This document shows, piece by piece, positions 54,086 through 63,129 of a stretch of 64,000 bases of DNA (position 1 is its first letter; every line of letters starts with the position of its first letter). Position numbers and translations under genes: made by a program. The DNA lies in the NCBI GenBank assembly GCA_035948415.1, contig DASZJD010000080.1, positions 2,306 through 66,305 on the forward strand. The letters are read 5' to 3'. Under the pieces are notes generated by a model. It saw nothing but the letters and a program-made list of their open reading frames with translations. It was not told the DNA's origin and did no database searches. This DNA comes from Acidimicrobiia bacterium. Its GTDB lineage: Bacteria; Actinomycetota; Acidimicrobiia; IMCC26256; PALSA-555.

Positions 54086-54183
54086 CAGTGATTGGGGAGC
54101 GCGTCCTGGCCGCCTCGTTGCGGCGGAAACCTCGCTCTCCTAGATTGTGAACGGAGTAATCGTCGACATGCGTCGGGGGTTCG

Positions 54184-55398
54184 ATGGACGACGTCCTTGC
54201 CGGGATTCGAGTGGTCGAGGTGGCGAGCTGGACATTCGTGCCCATCTCCGGCGCGGTGCTGTCGGAGTGGGGCGCCGACGTCATCAAGGTCGAGCACCCG
54301 GCCAGCGGCGACCCCCAGCGCGGGCTGGTGTCGTCGGGGCTGGTCCCGGGCGCGGCGGGCGTCAACTTCATGTTCGAGATCCCGAACCGGGGCAAACGCT
54401 CGGTCGGCCTCGACCTCTCGACCGACGACGGACGGGAGCTCCTCTACCGGCTCGTGGAGAGCGCCGACGTCTTCGTCACGAACTGCCTCCCCGGCGTCCG
54501 TTCGCGTCTCGGGATCGACGTCGAGGACATTCGGGCGCGCAACCCGAGCATCATCTACGTCCGCGGCACGGGACAGGGCACGCGCGGTCCGGACGCCGAG
54601 AAGGGTGGGTTCGACGGCGCGTCGTTCTGGGCTCGGGCCGGGCTGGCCATGGCGTTCAAGGACTCGGCGTCCGAGTGGCCAGTAGACCAACGGCCTGCGT
54701 TCGGGGATGTGATGGGCGGGCTGACGATCGCCGGCGGCATCGCCGCTGCGCTGCTGCGACGCCAACGGATGGGCGTCCCATCGGTCGTCGACGTGTCCCT
54801 CCTGAACCTCGGGATGTGGAACCTCGCGCCCGAAATCACGTCGGCGAAGCTGTACGAGCACACCGAGATCCCGACGTTCGACCGCGACTCCCTGCCGAAC
54901 CCGCTCGTCGGCACGTACCCGACGAAGGACGGCCGGTTCCTCATCCTCGTGCTCCTCCAGGCCGACCGCTACTGGCCCGACCTCTGCCAGCACCTCGGGC
55001 GTCCCGACCTGCTCGAGGACCCACGCTTCAAAGACGCGCCGGCCCGCTACGAGCACCGCCGTGAGTGCATCCAGGTTCTGCGCGACGTGTTCCGGACTCG
55101 TACCTACGACGAGTGGCGGGAGCGGCTGCAGACCCTCGAGGGCGTCTGGGCCCCCCTCCAGACGCCGCTCGAGGTGCACGACGACCCGCAGGCCGGCGCC
55201 AACGGCTACCTCGAGCCGATCACGGCCGGCAGCGGCCAGGAGTTCGTGCTGCCCGCCAACCCGGTGCAGTTCGACGAGACACCCCCCTCGGTGCGCGCCG
55301 CCCCCGGGCACGGCGAGCACACCGACGAGGTGCTGCTCGAGCTCGGGCTCACCTACGACGAGATCCTCGAGCACAAGGTGAGCGGAGCGGTGCTGTGA
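54184..55398 (+). CDS. family III CoA-transferase (CaiB/BaiF-like)
   Basis: 'LAGIRVVEVASWTFVPISGAVLSEWGADVIKVE' and 'GFDGASFWARAG'. Confidence 0.9.
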   Translation: MDDVLAGIRVVEVASWTFVPISGAVLSEWGADVIKVEHPASGDPQRGLVSSGLVPGAAGVNFMFEIPNRGKRSVGLDLSTDDGRELLYRLVESADVFVTNCLPGVRSRLGIDVEDIRARNPSIIYVRGTGQGTRGPDAEKGGFDGASFWARAGLAMAFKDSASEWPVDQRPAFGDVMGGLTIAGGIAAALLRRQRMGVPSVVDVSLLNLGMWNLAPEITSAKLYEHTEIPTFDRDSLPNPLVGTYPTKDGRFLILVLLQADRYWPDLCQHLGRPDLLEDPRFKDAPARYEHRRECIQVLRDVFRTRTYDEWRERLQTLEGVWAPLQTPLEVHDDPQAGANGYLEPITAGSGQEFVLPANPVQFDETPPSVRAAPGHGEHTDEVLLELGLTYDEILEHKVSGAVL

Positions 55399-56675
55399 CG
55401 GACATCGACACCATCGATTTCTTCCGTGACGAGTCGCTCCTCCCGGATCCGTACCCGTACTTCGACGAGCTGCGGGCGCGGTGCCCGATCCAACGCGAGC
55501 CGCATCACGGCGTGGTCATGGTCACGGGGTACGAGGAGGCCCTCGCCGTGTACCACGACATCGACACGTTCTCCTCGTGCAACTCCGTGACCGGCCCGTT
55601 CCCGGGCTTCCCGGTCCCGCTCGAGGGCGACGACGTCAGTGGGCTGATCGAGGCGCACCGCGACGAGCTGCCCTTCAGCGACCAGCTCCCGACCCTCGAC
55701 CCGCCCGTGCACACGGCGCACCGGGCGCTGCTCATGCGGCTCATCACGCCGAAGCGCCTGAAGGAGAACGAGAAGTTCATGTGGCGCCTCGCCGACCAGG
55801 TGATCGACGAGTTCGCCTCCGACGGCAAGTTCGAGCTCATCCACCAATACGCAGGGCCCTTCGCGATGCTCGTCGTCGCCGACCTGCTCGGGGTGCCCGA
55901 GGCGGACCACCGCATGTTCCGACAGGAGCTCGGCACCCGACCCGACCGCGCCGTCGGCAGCACCGAGCGCGACGCGATGGCGCATCGCCCGCTGGAGTTC
56001 CTCTACGAGGCGTTCACCCGATACATCGAGGATCGACGCCGCGCGCCGAGCGACGACGTCATGACCGGCCTCGCCGGGGCGACCTTCCCGGACGGCTCCA
56101 TCCCCGAGGTGATCGACGTCGTCCGCATCGCGGCGAACCTGTTCGCCGCCGGCCAGGAGACCACCGTGCGACTCCTCGGCTCCGCCTTCCAGCTCATCGG
56201 CGAGGACCCGGACCTCCAGCACCGCCTTCGGCACGAGCGTGAGCGCATCCCGAACTTCATCGAGGAGACGCTCCGTTTCGAGAGCCCCGTCAAAGGCGAC
56301 TTTCGGCTGGCCCGAGTGCCAGCCCGGATCGGCGGCGTCGACATCCCGGCCGGCACCACGATCATGGTGTTGAACGGGGCTGCCAACCGTGACGCCCGCC
56401 AGTTCGAAGACCCGACGACCTTCCAGCTCGACCGGTCGAACGCCCGCAAGCACCTGGCGTTCGGGTTCGGCATCCACACCTGTCCCGGAGCGCCCCTTGC
56501 GCGCGCCGAGGGATGCATCAGCGTCGAGCGGCTGCTCGACCGCCTCGGCGACCTCAGGATCTCCGAGGCCGACCACGGACCCCCCAACGCCCGCCGGTAC
56601 CGCCACGTGCCGACGTACATCCTGCGCGGCCTGCGAGCGCTGCACCTGGAGTTCACGCCCCGCGACGGGCAGTGA
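55395..56675 (+). CDS. cytochrome P450
   Basis: GTGA overlap with the CoA-transferase. 'DPYPYFDELRARCP', 'AGQETT' and 'FGFGIHTCPGAPLARAE'. Confidence 0.9.
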   Translation: MTDIDTIDFFRDESLLPDPYPYFDELRARCPIQREPHHGVVMVTGYEEALAVYHDIDTFSSCNSVTGPFPGFPVPLEGDDVSGLIEAHRDELPFSDQLPTLDPPVHTAHRALLMRLITPKRLKENEKFMWRLADQVIDEFASDGKFELIHQYAGPFAMLVVADLLGVPEADHRMFRQELGTRPDRAVGSTERDAMAHRPLEFLYEAFTRYIEDRRRAPSDDVMTGLAGATFPDGSIPEVIDVVRIAANLFAAGQETTVRLLGSAFQLIGEDPDLQHRLRHERERIPNFIEETLRFESPVKGDFRLARVPARIGGVDIPAGTTIMVLNGAANRDARQFEDPTTFQLDRSNARKHLAFGFGIHTCPGAPLARAEGCISVERLLDRLGDLRISEADHGPPNARRYRHVPTYILRGLRALHLEFTPRDGQ

Positions 56676-56678
56676 GAC

Positions 56679-56738
56679 CGGCACCGGGCGGAAACGGGCT
56701 TCTCTTTTTTTGAGATTGGTGCTATCGTCCCGGTGCCG
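56679..56738 (+). other. 10-bp perfect inverted repeat flanking a T7 run between the P450 and the Rieske gene
   Basis: CGGCACCGGG (56679-56688) pairs with CCCGGTGCCG (56729-56738). The 40-nt spacer contains TTTTTTT (56705-56711), the only long T-run I noticed in this window. Confidence 0.45.
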
Positions 56739-56761
56739 TCGCCTGACCGGAGGACGACCCC

Positions 56762-58048
56762 ATGCCGCACTTCACGAAGCCCGACGAGGGGTCCTGGACC
56801 GAGCACTACCCCGACCTCGGCACCGGGCCGGTCTCCTACGCGGACTCGATCTCGCCCGAGGTCTACGAGCGCGAGCGTGACGCGATCTTCGGCCGCACCT
56901 GGCTGAACGTCGGCCGCGTCGAGCAGCTCCCGAAGGTCGGCAGCTACTTCACGAGGGAGCTCGACGTCGCGGGGACGTCGATCGTCATCGTTCGCGCCGC
57001 GAAGGACGAGATCCGCGCCTTCCACAACATCTGCCGGCACCGCGGCAACAAGCTGGTGTGGCAGGACTACCCACTCGAGGAGACGAGCGGCACCTGCCGC
57101 CAGTTCACCTGCAAGTACCACGGCTGGCGCTACAACCTCGAGGGCGAGTGCACCTTCGTGCAGCAGGAGTCGGAGTTCTTCGACCTCGACAAGAAGGACT
57201 TCGGCCTGGCGTCGGTCCAGGCCGACGTCTGGGAGGGGTTCATCTTCGTGAACCTCGACCCGACCAACACGACGACGCTCCGCGAGTACCTGGGGAAGTT
57301 CGCGAAGGGGATGGAGGGCTACCCGTTCAACAAGCTAACCCAGGTGCACAAGTACCGCGCCGAGGTGGGAGCGAACTGGAAGCTCTTCGTCGACGCGTTC
57401 ACCGAGTTCTACCACGCACCTGTTCTGCACGCGAAGCAGAACGTCGGCGAAGAGGCCCGCAAGCTCTCCGAGGTCGGCTACGAGGCGCTCGCGTACGAGC
57501 TCGACGGCCCGCATGGCATGGTGTCCACGTGGACGGGCCCGACGCCCCCCCGCGACCTGAGCATCTACAAGCCGATCGAGCAGAAGGTCCGCAGCGGTCT
57601 GTTCGGACCGTGGGAAGCACCCGATATCGGGGTCGACGAGCTGCCGCCGGGAATCAACCCGTCCGGGAACAAGTCTTGGGGCCTCGACTCGTTCCTCTTC
57701 TTCCCGAACTTCATGGTGCTGATCTGGAAGCAGAACTGGGTCATCACGTACCACTACTGGCCTACGTCGTACAACAGCCACATCTTCGAGGGAACTTGCT
57801 ACTTCACACCGCCGACGAGCGCCCGGGAGCGTCTCGCGCAGGAGCTTGCGGTTGTCACCTTCAAGGAGTACGCGCTTCAGGACGGGAACACACTGGAGGC
57901 CACGCAGCGGATGCTCGAGTCGCGTACTCCCATCAAGGCGTTCCCGCTGAACGACCAGGAGATCCTGCTCCGCCACCTCCACAAGACCGCGCAGCGCTAC
58001 GTCGCCGAGTACGACCGGACCGTCGCCGCCGTGGCCGCGCCGGTATGA
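56762..58048 (+). CDS. Rieske [2Fe-2S] non-heme-iron oxygenase, alpha (catalytic) subunit
   Basis: 'CRHRGNKL...CKYHGWRY' Rieske motif and 'NWKLFVDAFTEFYHAPVLH' mononuclear-iron motif. RBS 'ggagga'. Confidence 0.85.
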   Translation: MPHFTKPDEGSWTEHYPDLGTGPVSYADSISPEVYERERDAIFGRTWLNVGRVEQLPKVGSYFTRELDVAGTSIVIVRAAKDEIRAFHNICRHRGNKLVWQDYPLEETSGTCRQFTCKYHGWRYNLEGECTFVQQESEFFDLDKKDFGLASVQADVWEGFIFVNLDPTNTTTLREYLGKFAKGMEGYPFNKLTQVHKYRAEVGANWKLFVDAFTEFYHAPVLHAKQNVGEEARKLSEVGYEALAYELDGPHGMVSTWTGPTPPRDLSIYKPIEQKVRSGLFGPWEAPDIGVDELPPGINPSGNKSWGLDSFLFFPNFMVLIWKQNWVITYHYWPTSYNSHIFEGTCYFTPPTSARERLAQELAVVTFKEYALQDGNTLEATQRMLESRTPIKAFPLNDQEILLRHLHKTAQRYVAEYDRTVAAVAAPV

Positions 58049-58392
58049 CCGAGGAGCCGACGAACATGGCGCCCTTCCCCAACGAGTTCGCGGACCTCGA
58101 GCCGTTCGCCGACTGGGCGGTCCCAACCGAGCGGGCCCGCTACGCCAAGCGCATCTCGAGCACGATGGAACAGCTGCAGGCCTTCTACGACGCCGCCTTC
58201 CCGCGGATCGACGACGCCCTCGCCTACCTCGACCAGCACCAGCTCGACGCGCTCGCCGAGGACGGGAAGCGCTTGCTGTGGCTGTACTGCGCGCTCATGA
58301 CCGCCTCGTTCCCGGTTGAGGCATGGCGACAGCCACGCGTCCCCGACAGTGGCGCCGCCAGCTTCGACGCCGTGCTGGAACCCGCCGTCTAA
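58045..58392 (+). CDS. hypothetical 115-aa protein translationally coupled to the Rieske oxygenase
   Basis: ATGA overlap at 58045-58048. Acidic and helical-looking, with no motif I recognise. Confidence 0.45.
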   Translation: MTEEPTNMAPFPNEFADLEPFADWAVPTERARYAKRISSTMEQLQAFYDAAFPRIDDALAYLDQHQLDALAEDGKRLLWLYCALMTASFPVEAWRQPRVPDSGAASFDAVLEPAV

Positions 58393-58396
58393 GTCG

Positions 58397-59659
58397 TCAC
58401 GCGGCGCGGTCGCGGGCGTCGTCTCGGAACACCTCACCGCCCTTCATCACGAACCGAACCTGCTCGGTCACGGCGATGTCGGCGAGCGGGTCGCCCGGGA
58501 CGCCCACGACGTCGGCGAGCAGCCCGGGTTCGAGGCGCCCTCGGTCGTCGGCGTCGATCAGCTCGGCCGACACGGTCGTCGCGGCCCGGATGGCCTGGAG
58601 GGGCGTCATGCCCCGATCGACGAGGGCGAGCATCTCCTTGGCGTTCCTGCCGTGCGGGATCGCCGGTGCGTCCGTGCCACAGGCGACGCGCGCCCCCCGC
58701 TCGATGGCCTTCTTGATGGTCTCCCGTGCGCGGGGGAACACCTCGGCGGCCTTCGCCTGGAGCTCCGGCGCGGCGTGGGAGAGATCCATGCCGTCGGCCA
58801 GATAGGTCGTGGCCACGAGGAACCGGCGACGCTCGATTAGCAGCTCAAGCGTCGCGTCGCTCATCAGCGAACCGTGCTCGATGCAGTCGATTCCGGCCTC
58901 GATGGCGGCGCGGATGCCGTCGTCACCGTGCGCGTGCGCAGCCACCTTCAAGCCGGCGCGGTGGGCCTCGTCAGCGATCGCGGCGAGCTCCTCGTCGGAG
59001 TACTGCTGCGCGCCCGCGGGGCCGGTGTGGGACATCACACCGCCGGACGCGCAGCACTTGATGAGCTCCGCGCCGTGCTTGATCTGGTATCGGACCGCCT
59101 TGCGGACCTCGCTGACTCCGTCGGCGATCCCCTCTTCGACGGTGAGCGGCATGATGTGCGGCGCGAGCGCCTGGAACATCGTCGGATCGAGATGTCCACC
59201 CGTCGGTGTGATCGCGTGGCCGGCCGGCACCACGTGCGGGCCGTCGATCCAGCCGTTGTCGATCGCCTTCTTGAGCGCGACGTCGAGGAGCAGACCCCCG
59301 GTGGGCACGAACAGCCCGAGGTTGCGGACGGTCGTGAACCCCGAGCGCAGCGTTCGTCGCGCGTTGGCCACGGCACGGAGCGTGCGGACCGCGGGGTCGT
59401 CCTGCACGGGGTTGAGCGGACTCGCGTGGTCGGGGCCGCCCAGGAGCAGGTTGACCTCCATGTCCATGAGGCCCGGGAGCAGGGTCAGGTCCGCGAGGTC
59501 GATCACCCGGGCGTCGGCCGGCACCGAGGTCGGCGAGACCTCGGTGATGCGCCCCGCCTCGACCAACAGCTCGCCGGGCTCGACGTACTCGCCCGCGTCG
59601 ACATCGAGCAGACGCGCCGCTCGCACGTGGATGGGTTGGGTTGGTAGTCGGCGAGGCAC
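58397..59659 (-). CDS. metal-dependent amidohydrolase (imidazolonepropionase/prolidase-like subfamily)
   Basis: GTG 59659 after 'aggaagga'. 'LLPGLMDMEVNLL' and 'KVAAHAHGDDG', with the C-terminal 'GSLEPGLLADVVGV' typical of the family. Confidence 0.8.
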   Translation of the reverse strand: MPRRLPTQPIHVRAARLLDVDAGEYVEPGELLVEAGRITEVSPTSVPADARVIDLADLTLLPGLMDMEVNLLLGGPDHASPLNPVQDDPAVRTLRAVANARRTLRSGFTTVRNLGLFVPTGGLLLDVALKKAIDNGWIDGPHVVPAGHAITPTGGHLDPTMFQALAPHIMPLTVEEGIADGVSEVRKAVRYQIKHGAELIKCCASGGVMSHTGPAGAQQYSDEELAAIADEAHRAGLKVAAHAHGDDGIRAAIEAGIDCIEHGSLMSDATLELLIERRRFLVATTYLADGMDLSHAAPELQAKAAEVFPRARETIKKAIERGARVACGTDAPAIPHGRNAKEMLALVDRGMTPLQAIRAATTVSAELIDADDRGRLEPGLLADVVGVPGDPLADIAVTEQVRFVMKGGEVFRDDARDRAA

Positions 59660-59672
59660 CGCGTGTTCCTTC

Positions 59673-60038
59673 CTACGAGGTGAGGACGGGGAGCTGCGCC
59701 CATCCCCGCACGGTGGCAGCGTGGGCCATGACGGCGTGCCGCTCGTCGACCTCCCCGTCCCGCCAGCGCTGCAAGACCTCGTCGAGCGCGACGCGAGCCT
59801 CGAGGCGGGCGAGGGCAGCACCGAGGCAGAAGTGGGGCCCGTATCCGAACCGGTGCGACTCCCAGTCGACGAGCCCCTTCTCCACATCCTCGAAGCGGCT
59901 CAACGCGAAAAGGGCGCACTTCTCGTTGTGGGAGAGCGGCGCCTCTTCCCGCATCCGCCTCCAGGTCGGGGACGGGTTGTTGTCGATCTCGAAGTCGTAG
60001 GGGTCGTAGTAGATCTCGGCGTCGCTCGTCGTCGTCAT
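59673..60038 (-). pseudogene. cytochrome P450 relic with large in-frame internal deletion (121 codons)
   Basis: The P450 N-terminus 'DPYDFEIDNNPSPTWRRMREEAPLSHNEKCALFALSRFEDVEKGLVDWESH' is joined directly to the heme loop and C-terminus 'RFGYGPHFCLGAALARLEARVALDEVL...'. The I-helix and K-helix are absent. Confidence 0.7.
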
Positions 60039-60040
60039 CG

Positions 60041-60811
60041 TCACCTCTCGAGGAAGCGTTCCACGTTCGAGCGCAGCTCGGGCGTGTCGAACGACTCGTT
60101 CTCCGCGGCCAGGGCGAAGTCGATCGTGGTAAGGACGGCCTGCTCCAGGTGGAGGTTGAGGACCCGCTTCGTCGCCTCGACGGCCTGCTGCGGGAGGGCT
60201 GCGATCTTGTGGGCGGTGGCGAGCGCGGCAGGTAGCACCTCGTCGTCTGGGAGCACGCGGTTTGCGAGCCCGATCTCGGCGGCCCGGGCGGCGGTGATCC
60301 GCTCCCCCGTGAAGGCGTACTCCTTCGCGAGCAGCAGGCTGGTGTGGAGCGGCCAGGTGACGGGACCGCCGTCGGCGGCCACGAGCCCGACCGGCACGTG
60401 CGGGTCGGACAGGTACGCCGACTCGGCTATGTACACGACGTCGGCGAGCGCGAGGAGGCTGCACCCGAGGCCGACCGCCGGCCCGTTGACGGCAGCGATC
60501 ACGGGGACGCGGCAGCGCACCATGTTGAGGACGATCTCGCGACCCTCGGCGAGGATGTCGCGGCGCACTCCACGGTCCTTCGCCATCCGGTCGAGGAGGC
60601 CGAAGTCGCCGCCGGCGGAGAATGCCCGGCCCTCGCCAGTGATGACGGCGACGCGGGCCTCGCGGTCTGCGCTGAGCTGCGGGAACAGGTTCGCCAACGC
60701 GTTGTGGAGCTGCTCGTTCACGGCGTTCAGCTGCTTGGGGCGCGAGATCGTCACGATGCGAACGGGGCCGTCGGCCTTCACCTGGATGACGTCGGGCAGG
60801 TCGTAGTCCAT
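60041..60811 (-). CDS. enoyl-CoA hydratase/isomerase (crotonase family)
   Basis: ATG 60811. 'VRIVTISRPKQLNAV' and 'GEGRAFSAGGDF'. Confidence 0.85.
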   Translation of the reverse strand: MDYDLPDVIQVKADGPVRIVTISRPKQLNAVNEQLHNALANLFPQLSADREARVAVITGEGRAFSAGGDFGLLDRMAKDRGVRRDILAEGREIVLNMVRCRVPVIAAVNGPAVGLGCSLLALADVVYIAESAYLSDPHVPVGLVAADGGPVTWPLHTSLLLAKEYAFTGERITAARAAEIGLANRVLPDDEVLPAALATAHKIAALPQQAVEATKRVLNLHLEQAVLTTIDFALAAENESFDTPELRSNVERFLER

Positions 60812-60831
60812 TCGGCTCCTCTGAACAGCGC

Positions 60832-61965
60832 TCAGGCGGTCGGCAGACCCAGGATGCGGGTCGCGACGATGTTCTTCTGAATCTGGGATGTGCCCCCCAT
60901 CACGCTCTGGGCCCGGCTGTAGAGGTAGATCTTGAGGGCCTCGTCCTGCGCGTCGCTTGCCGCCGTCGGTCCGGCGACGTCGAGCGCGGCGGCGCCGACG
61001 GCCTGCTCGACCCAGGTCATGAGCAGCTTGTCGATGGAGCCGCCGGGCCCGTGGTCGACTCCATCGAGGCGTTCGGAGAGCCGCCGGCACACATGCAGGC
61101 GCAGCATCTCGGTCTGCACGTACGCCCACGCGACGGCGTCGACCTGGTCGGAGCGGAACGAATCGGGATTGGCCCGTACGGTGGCTTCCAGCTCCTTGAC
61201 GGTCTTGGCGTACCGCGCGACGTAGCCGAGCTCTCCGGGCTCGCGCTCGTGGCTGACGATGGTCATCGCGACACGCCAGCCCTCCCCCGGCTCTCCGATC
61301 ATGTTCGTAGCGGGCGTCCGGGCGGCATCGAACAGCACTTGTCCGAACTCGCTCGCGATGCCGTTGATCATCTTCAGCGGCCGCTGCTCGATGCCCGGCT
61401 GGTTCATGGGGACCGCGAGGAGCGACAGGCCCCGGTGCTTGGGTACGTCGGGGTCCGTGCGAGCGAGGAGGAAGCACCAGTCGGCAACGTCGGAGTAGCT
61501 CGTCCAGACCTTGTGCCCGTTGATCACATAGTCGTGACCGTCCCGGACAGCGGTCGTGCGCAGCGAGGCGAGATCCGACCCCGCGTCCGGCTCGCTGAAC
61601 CCCTGGCACCAGCGCTCGCGCCCGCTGATGATGCCCGGGAGGAACCGATCCTTGATCTCGTCGCTGCCGTGCACCGTGATGCCCTGCACGAGATAGCCGA
61701 GGCTGGGTCGCGGCGGCGCGCCGGCGGCCGCGAGCTCCTCGTCGAGGATCACGTCGAATACCGCCGGGAGCTCAAGCCCGCCGTAGCGCTTTGGCCAGCT
61801 CAGCCCGAAGAAGCCCGCGTCGTAGAGGGTGGTGTGCCACTCCGCCTGGCGGGCCCAGTACTCGTCGTCGGTCGACGACGTGGGGAGGCCGGGGTTGTTG
61901 TCGGCGAGCCACGAGCGCAGGCGGGCGCGGAACTCCGCTTCCGCCGGGGAGTCACGAAAGTCCAT
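60832..61965 (-). CDS. acyl-CoA dehydrogenase (full-length subunit)
   Basis: ATG 61965. 'WCQGFSEPDAGSDLASL', 'HKVWTSYS' and 'GGTSQIQKNIVATRILGLP'. Confidence 0.85.
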   Translation of the reverse strand: MDFRDSPAEAEFRARLRSWLADNNPGLPTSSTDDEYWARQAEWHTTLYDAGFFGLSWPKRYGGLELPAVFDVILDEELAAAGAPPRPSLGYLVQGITVHGSDEIKDRFLPGIISGRERWCQGFSEPDAGSDLASLRTTAVRDGHDYVINGHKVWTSYSDVADWCFLLARTDPDVPKHRGLSLLAVPMNQPGIEQRPLKMINGIASEFGQVLFDAARTPATNMIGEPGEGWRVAMTIVSHEREPGELGYVARYAKTVKELEATVRANPDSFRSDQVDAVAWAYVQTEMLRLHVCRRLSERLDGVDHGPGGSIDKLLMTWVEQAVGAAALDVAGPTAASDAQDEALKIYLYSRAQSVMGGTSQIQKNIVATRILGLPTA

Positions 61966-63004
61966 CGCCCACCCCGAGCCGGGTGCGCTCGAGCTCGCGC
62001 AGCTGCTCGCCAACGTCGCCGAACCATCGGGACGACAGGAGCGCCCGCCGCAGGTAGACGTTGACGATGCACTCCCACGTGTTGCCAATCCCGCCGTGCA
62101 CCTGGATCGCGGTCTCCCCGACGGTCCGAGCGGCGCGCCCGCAGTAGGCCTTGGCGACTCGTCCCGCGGTGAGCGCGCCGTCAGGAGGGAGGTTGTCCAC
62201 CGCCCATGACGCGTGCAGGGCGACGCTGTGCGACCCCTCCATGAGGCAGCGCGCTTCGGCCAGCAGGTGCTGCACGGCTTGGAACGAGCCGATGGGCACG
62301 CCGTACTGCTGACGCTCGGCGGCGTAGGCGACGGTCACGTCGAGGACGCCGCGCATGACCCCGACGAGGTCGGCGCTGGTCAGCGCCAGCCCCAGCGCAC
62401 GCACCAGCGCGAGGTCATCGTCGGTCAGGAGCCGATCCTGGTCGGGAACCACGACCACGGGCGCCTGGGCGCCGACGGTCCGGACCGACCGGCTGAGATC
62501 CGACCCGGTTCCCGACGAATCGTCTGCGCCGTCCAGACCCAGACGCGCGAGGCGGTGCCCGGACCCTTCGGGCGTCAGCACGAACCCGCTGTCGACCTCT
62601 CCGCCGCCGTCGATCACGTGGAGCGGCGCGGCCGTCGTCCCGCCGTGGACGACGGCGAGGTCGACGAGCGACGGCGCGAAGGCGACGACCGTGCCGTCTC
62701 CGACCTGCACGCCGGCGCGGCGGGCGAGATCGCCGGCGAGGACGGGCCCAGCGAAGGCCGCGTCGGCCACCGCCGCCCCGAGCGCCTCGGCGACGATGGC
62801 GGCCTCGACGCCGCCGGCGAGTGGCGTGCCGTCTCCGCCGTCTGCGCGCAGCTCCAGCCAGCCGGCGTCGCGTACCGCCGCGCTGAGCCGCTTCGCCCGA
62901 GTGGCGTCGTCGAGGTCGGCGACCGTCGCGGGACCGAGCTCACGAGCGAGCTGGCGAGCCGAGCGTCGCAGCTCCGCCTGCTCGGCCGTGTCCCGCGTGT
63001 CCAT
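61952..63004 (-). CDS. acyl-CoA dehydrogenase family protein (shorter partner subunit)
   Basis: 350 aa with 'RQQYGVPIGSFQAVQHLLAE' and 'IQVHGGIGNTWE'. It overlaps the downstream ACAD by 14 nt. Confidence 0.8.
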   Translation of the reverse strand: MDTRDTAEQAELRRSARQLARELGPATVADLDDATRAKRLSAAVRDAGWLELRADGGDGTPLAGGVEAAIVAEALGAAVADAAFAGPVLAGDLARRAGVQVGDGTVVAFAPSLVDLAVVHGGTTAAPLHVIDGGGEVDSGFVLTPEGSGHRLARLGLDGADDSSGTGSDLSRSVRTVGAQAPVVVVPDQDRLLTDDDLALVRALGLALTSADLVGVMRGVLDVTVAYAAERQQYGVPIGSFQAVQHLLAEARCLMEGSHSVALHASWAVDNLPPDGALTAGRVAKAYCGRAARTVGETAIQVHGGIGNTWECIVNVYLRRALLSSRWFGDVGEQLRELERTRLGVGDGLS

Positions 63005-63129
63005 CAGGCCCGTCGCTTCATCGTCACCCTGAGGTAGAATGTAGTTTCCGATTTTTGAGAGCGCAATACTCGTCTAACATCGGCGTCACCGCGGCAGCCC
63101 GCCGCGGCGCCGGCTCAGCAGGAGCGCCG

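Noticed and set aside
63035-63048. KstR-type operator (TnnAACnnGTTnnA) in the ACAD/P450 divergent region
   Set aside because: TAGAATGTAGTTTC matches only the left half-site. The right half is not symmetric, and there is no kstR gene in the window.
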